Source: Archangiaceae bacterium (GTDB taxonomy: Bacteria > Myxococcota > Myxococcia > Myxococcales > Myxococcaceae). Taken from it: a DNA stretch of 12,142 bases. Positions 8,459 to 12,142 of the stretch are shown piece after piece; the first letter of the stretch is position 1; each line of letters opens with the position of its first letter. The stretch spans positions 1-12,142 of the forward strand of contig JAYVCD010000275.1 in the NCBI GenBank assembly GCA_043750125.1. The letters are read 5' to 3'. The translations under genes were made by a program, and so were the position numbers. Under the pieces are notes generated by a model, which searched no databases, was not told the origin of the DNA, and worked only from the letters and a program-made list of their open reading frames with translations.

Positions 8459-8539
8459 AGGGCTGTCTGTATGCAGAAGTCGGCAACGGTGAGGTCGAGG
8501 AACGCTTCGGCTCGTCTCGAAGTCGACCTGCGGGCGCAG

Positions 8540-8944
8540 CTACGGCGACTGGTAAGAGTAGTCGCTGCCCGCTTTGGCGCAGTCGGCCATCACGTCCGCG
8601 CTGGTGTTGAGCGTGACCGGGGCGGTTGAAGTCCCGACCACGGCTCCGGGGAAGTACCAGGTGATGATGCTGGCGCCGGCCATGATCGCCGCTTCGTCGG
8701 CCTTGCACCCGCCGATCGAGCCCGACCGATCGCAGGTCGTGGTGGCGGGCACTCCGCTGTTCTGGGTGCAGCTGCTCTTGACCGTGGTGACCGTCAGCGT
8801 GCTCTGGCCGATGTAGTCGAAGCACTCTTTGCGCGCGGCGTACTTGCAGCTGGTGCTGCCGGTGGCACCCAGTCCCGGAATCACGTTGCCGCAGGACATC
8901 GTCAAAAGCAGGGCCAGAGCGACGAGGGTGAGGCGCGAGGTCAT
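8540..8944 (-). CDS. Small Cys-rich lipoprotein, 134 aa, function unknown
   Basis: C-terminal part of the 8540..9574 track ORF. AAGGA RBS before the ATG at 8944, signal MTSRLTLVALALLLTMS-C with lipobox, and six further Cys in the mature part. Confidence 0.82.
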   Translation of the reverse strand: MTSRLTLVALALLLTMSCGNVIPGLGATGSTSCKYAARKECFDYIGQSTLTVTTVKSSCTQNSGVPATTTCDRSGSIGGCKADEAAIMAGASIITWYFPGAVVGTSTAPVTLNTSADVMADCAKAGSDYSYQSP

Positions 8945-9025
8945 GGATTCCTTGGGAAGACGGCATCGTACGCGAAGGCACTGCCGGCCGCGGCGCAGGA
9001 ATCTGGTAGGTGTCGGGGCACTCAA

Positions 9026-10333
9026 ATGCCTGCACCCACGGTCGAGACGACGAGCCGACGCACCGTGCTGGACATGAACCGCTACCAGTGGACCGTGCTG
9101 TTCGCGGCCTGGCTGGGGTGGGGCTTCGATTGCTTTGACGGCCTGCTCTTCAACTACGTGGCCCCCAACTGCGTGCCCACCCTGCTCGGCCTTCCGCTCA
9201 AATCTCCGGAAGCGGTGGCCGCGACTTCCCAGTGGGTCGGAATCCTCACTTCGGTGCTGCTGATCGGCTGGGCGGCGGGCGGAATTCTCTTTGGCCGCAT
9301 CGCAGATCGCATCGGCCGCGCGCGCACCTTGCTGCTGACGATGGCGCTGTATTCGGTGGGCACCGCCCTGTGCGCCCTGGCCCCCAACATCTGGGTGCTG
9401 CTGTTGTGCCGGGTCATCGCGGCGCTGGGCATCGGGGGCGAATGGGCCGCCGGCGCTTCGATGGTCGCCGAGGTGGTGCCCGAAAAGCGCAGAGTCGAAG
9501 CCGGAGCCCTGCTCTACACCGCCGCTCCGCTGGGGCTGTTTCTGGCGACCTTCGTCACGTTTCAAATCAGCCACGAATGGCTGGGCGATTCTCCCAGCAC
9601 CAGCTGGCGGTACGTTTTTTTGTGTGGGCTGATTCCTGCCGCGGTCGCATTTCTGGTCCGGCTGTTCATCAAGGAACCCGAGCGCTGGGCGGCGATCGCC
9701 GCGCGGACGAAGCCGCCTGAAATTCGCGAGCTGTTCAGCCCTGCGATGCGACGCTCGACGTACAGCGGGCTGCTGATGGCGATCACCGCGCTGCTGATGT
9801 GGTGGAGCATCAATGCCTTCATCCCCAAGGTGGCCGTCGACCTCGCGAAGGTCGCCGGGGCCAACGCCGAAAACTGGAAACGAATCGCCACCAACAGCTT
9901 CAACGCCGGAGGGCTGATCGGCACCTTGCTCACCGTTCCGCTCTCGAAGGTGCTCGGGCGCAAGGCGATGTTCGGAATTTATTTCGCCGCGAGCGCGGTG
10001 GCGATCATGGCCACCTTCGGGCTCGACCTGAGCGGCGAGAACCGCCTCTACATGTATTTCTTCATCGGCCTGACGGTGTTCGGGGTCTTCGGCAGCTTCA
10101 CCTATTACCTGCCTGAGCTGTTCCCCACCCGGCTGCGCGGCACCGGCGCTGGCTTTTGCTACAACATCGGCCGCGTCATCGCGGCCGCCGGCCCGTTCTT
10201 CGTCGGCTCCGTCAGCGCCCGTGGGCTCCAGACCGAGCTGCAGGTGTTGTTCTGGGTGGGCGTGGTGCCGCTGCTGGGTCTGCTCGCAATGCCACTGGTC
10301 GTCGAGACCCGCGACGGCGTGCTGGCCGATTAG
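9026..10333 (+). CDS. MFS transporter, resembling the NanT/JEN (sialate/carboxylate:H+ symporter) group
   Basis: About 12 hydrophobic segments, WLGWGFDCFD in TM1, motif A (GRIADRIGRARTL), motif C (GIGGEWAAGASMVAE) and PELFPTRLRGTG. An alternative start exists at 9074. Confidence 0.92.
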   Translation: MPAPTVETTSRRTVLDMNRYQWTVLFAAWLGWGFDCFDGLLFNYVAPNCVPTLLGLPLKSPEAVAATSQWVGILTSVLLIGWAAGGILFGRIADRIGRARTLLLTMALYSVGTALCALAPNIWVLLLCRVIAALGIGGEWAAGASMVAEVVPEKRRVEAGALLYTAAPLGLFLATFVTFQISHEWLGDSPSTSWRYVFLCGLIPAAVAFLVRLFIKEPERWAAIAARTKPPEIRELFSPAMRRSTYSGLLMAITALLMWWSINAFIPKVAVDLAKVAGANAENWKRIATNSFNAGGLIGTLLTVPLSKVLGRKAMFGIYFAASAVAIMATFGLDLSGENRLYMYFFIGLTVFGVFGSFTYYLPELFPTRLRGTGAGFCYNIGRVIAAAGPFFVGSVSARGLQTELQVLFWVGVVPLLGLLAMPLVVETRDGVLAD

Positions 10334-10367
10334 CCGCGATTAGCCGGGAATCGCAGGCGACGTCTTC

Positions 10368-11105
10368 CTAGCCGGCGCGGACGAGCACCTGGCTGAAGTC
10401 GAGCGACCGCAGCGACTCGCGCGCGATGCAAAAGCATTGGCGCATCATTTCGCCGCCAAAGTTCAGGCCGGCGTTGTCATCAGAATTGATCGCCAGCAAC
10501 AGCTCGAAGCCCGGCAGGTCCTCGACGCTGCCCAGCAGCTGATGCGAATTGAATCCGTACCCGAGCGCTTCGCGCAGCTGGTCGCAGAGATCCGGGTAAT
10601 CAGCCTCGGGAATCGAGACCTCGCCCTTGATGTCGAAGCCCCAGGCGAAGGTCCGGTCCTCCTCGTCGATCGCCTCGGGCAACTCGCGCCGCTCGAGCAT
10701 CGAGCCCTGCGGCGCAAAGCGCACGTGGCCGGCGGTCAGACTCCTGGCGAAGAACGACAGCAGCCCGGACTGCGGCAGCACCCGGTGCACATCGTGGGGC
10801 GCCACGTCTTCGAGGCGAAGCTGGGCGAGAAACGGCAGCGGCACTCCGTTGTGCTCGGGCCAGGCTGAGCCCGGGGTGAGATCCGGTTCGCCTCCGAGGC
10901 GACTGGCTCCCAGCGCGAGGTCGGCCCGGACCGCCTTCCGGGTGACGAGGATCACGATCGGCTCGGTGACCTGCGCGATCTCGGCGGCCTGCGCTTCCAG
11001 GCCTTCCTCGAGAATCAGCTGGGTGAGCGTCGCTTGCGCGTCTTGTTGTTCGGGGCTCAGCGGCCGCGGAGCCGCGTCGAGCGGTCCTGAAAAAGTCTGG
11101 GACAT
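10368..11105 (-). CDS. DUF1963/YwqG-family protein, ~245 aa
   Basis: SRLGGEPDL..G..WP....PLPFLAQL.L......LP..GLLSFF, HQLLG, LLLAINSD and the terminal FCIARESLRSLDFS match the YwqG pattern. ATG at 11105 preferred over 11168. Confidence 0.8.
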   Translation of the reverse strand: MSQTFSGPLDAAPRPLSPEQQDAQATLTQLILEEGLEAQAAEIAQVTEPIVILVTRKAVRADLALGASRLGGEPDLTPGSAWPEHNGVPLPFLAQLRLEDVAPHDVHRVLPQSGLLSFFARSLTAGHVRFAPQGSMLERRELPEAIDEEDRTFAWGFDIKGEVSIPEADYPDLCDQLREALGYGFNSHQLLGSVEDLPGFELLLAINSDDNAGLNFGGEMMRQCFCIARESLRSLDFSQVLVRAG

Positions 11106-11219
11106 GAGCGCAAACTTAGGCACCCCCTCGCGCGACGACGACAGCGATTTTCGCCGCCCCCGAAGCAAGGGCTAAGAACCCCTCATGAACCCAGACGAAC
11201 GACGGCGCAGGTCGCAACG

Positions 11220-12101
11220 GTGGTGATGCCGCTGGTATTGGGGTTGACCCTTTCCGCCTGGTCGGAATCGATCACCGTGAAGGGGACGATCGACGGCCAG
11301 ACCGCGAGCGGGACGATGCGGGTCTACCTGCCGCGGGGGTACTCGAAGAGCCAACAATGCCCATTGATGATCGGGCTCCACGGGTGGGGCGACTCGGCCG
11401 AGAACTGGAAATCGAAAGGGGATCTCGCCTCACTCGCCGACCAGTACGGCTTCGTGATCGCGATCCCCAACATGGGAAAGACGATCTACGAGACGCGCTT
11501 CTACCCAGAGAGCAAAGCGCGTTGGGCGGCGGTCCCCGGGACGCGCTGGGTGGCCGAGGTGATCCTCCCCTGGCTGCGTTCGAACTATTCGGTCTGGCCA
11601 GATCGCGCGCATACCGCGGTGATCGGCTACTCGACCGGCGGTCGCGGGGCAGTGCTGCTGGCCGAGGCGTACCCGCAGTTTGCTTTTGTCGGCAGCCTGT
11701 CGGGCACCTACGAGCTGATGACGCTCGAGCCTTCCGAAGGCGAGTACAAGATTCACGCGGCGGTGTACGGCGACCGGGAACAGTTCAAACCGCGCTGGGC
11801 GCTGGACAACGTCGTCGCGCTCGACCGGCTCGAGAAGCTCACCGGGACGCAGCTGTTCATCGCCCACGGAGCCGAAGATCCGGTGGTGAACCCCGACCAG
11901 CTCGAGTCCTTGCGGAAGGCCTTGAAAGGCCGTCCGGTCGAGGCGGAGCTCGTCGTCGTGCCCCGGGCCGGCCACGACTGGAAATTCTGGAGCTCACAAT
12001 GGCCGCGCGTCTTCGAGCTCGCCGCGCAGACCCTCAACGCGAGGCAACCCGCAGGGCCGCGGGAAGGCACTCCCGGAAAAAATGTTCCCCCGGTGAAGTA
12101 G
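11220..12101 (+). CDS. Exported alpha/beta-hydrolase (putative esterase family)
   Basis: Signal peptide, VYLPRGY, oxyanion LHGWG, nucleophile elbow GYSTG, acid HGAEDPVV and His in GHDW give a complete Ser-Asp-His triad. The start may be 11226. Confidence 0.9.
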   Translation: MVMPLVLGLTLSAWSESITVKGTIDGQTASGTMRVYLPRGYSKSQQCPLMIGLHGWGDSAENWKSKGDLASLADQYGFVIAIPNMGKTIYETRFYPESKARWAAVPGTRWVAEVILPWLRSNYSVWPDRAHTAVIGYSTGGRGAVLLAEAYPQFAFVGSLSGTYELMTLEPSEGEYKIHAAVYGDREQFKPRWALDNVVALDRLEKLTGTQLFIAHGAEDPVVNPDQLESLRKALKGRPVEAELVVVPRAGHDWKFWSSQWPRVFELAAQTLNARQPAGPREGTPGKNVPPVK

Positions 12102-12142
12102 CGGTCGTTTCCAAGCGCGCCCTACGAATCGTCGCTGCGCGC

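Noticed and set aside
8360-8539. Possible riboswitch or ncRNA in the 180-nt gap upstream of the large lipoprotein
   Set aside because: No recognisable riboswitch motifs by eye, only weak stems and a 7-nt repeat (TGGGACC at 8378 and 8425). An Infernal/Rfam scan would be decisive.
7779-9574. ORF 7779..9035 and the N-terminal 210 aa of ORF 8540..9574
   Set aside because: They overlap real genes. Only 8540..8944 has an RBS, signal peptide and plausible composition.
1-12142. CRISPR array, tRNA/rRNA, IS element or prophage
   Set aside because: No regularly spaced nucleotide repeats, RNA-gene signatures, transposase, integrase or phage genes were seen; intergenic gaps are all short.

Overview
High-GC bacterial DNA. 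The gene style (hybrid kinase, Cys-rich lipoproteins) suggests Myxococcota or a related deltaproteobacterium; this is inference. Eleven credible CDSs: the 3' end of a hybrid histidine kinase/receiver, an acyl-CoA carboxylase beta subunit (pccB-like), a translationally coupled hipB-hipA toxin-antitoxin pair, an exported cupin, an MscL channel with a C-terminal CxxC-x10-CxxC tail, a 1135-aa lipoprotein, a small Cys-rich lipoprotein, an MFS transporter, a DUF1963/YwqG-like protein and an exported esterase. The most interesting item is the 1135-aa lipoprotein. It has a lipobox, an IPT/TIG domain, five ~110-aa Ig-like repeats, and a ~450-aa C-terminal domain whose motifs match, in order, my recollection of the non-repeat C-terminal domain of Leptospira LigB. 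It would be a Lig-like surface protein with a different stalk outside spirochaetes; this needs confirmation by alignment. No rRNA, tRNA, CRISPR array or transposase was seen.
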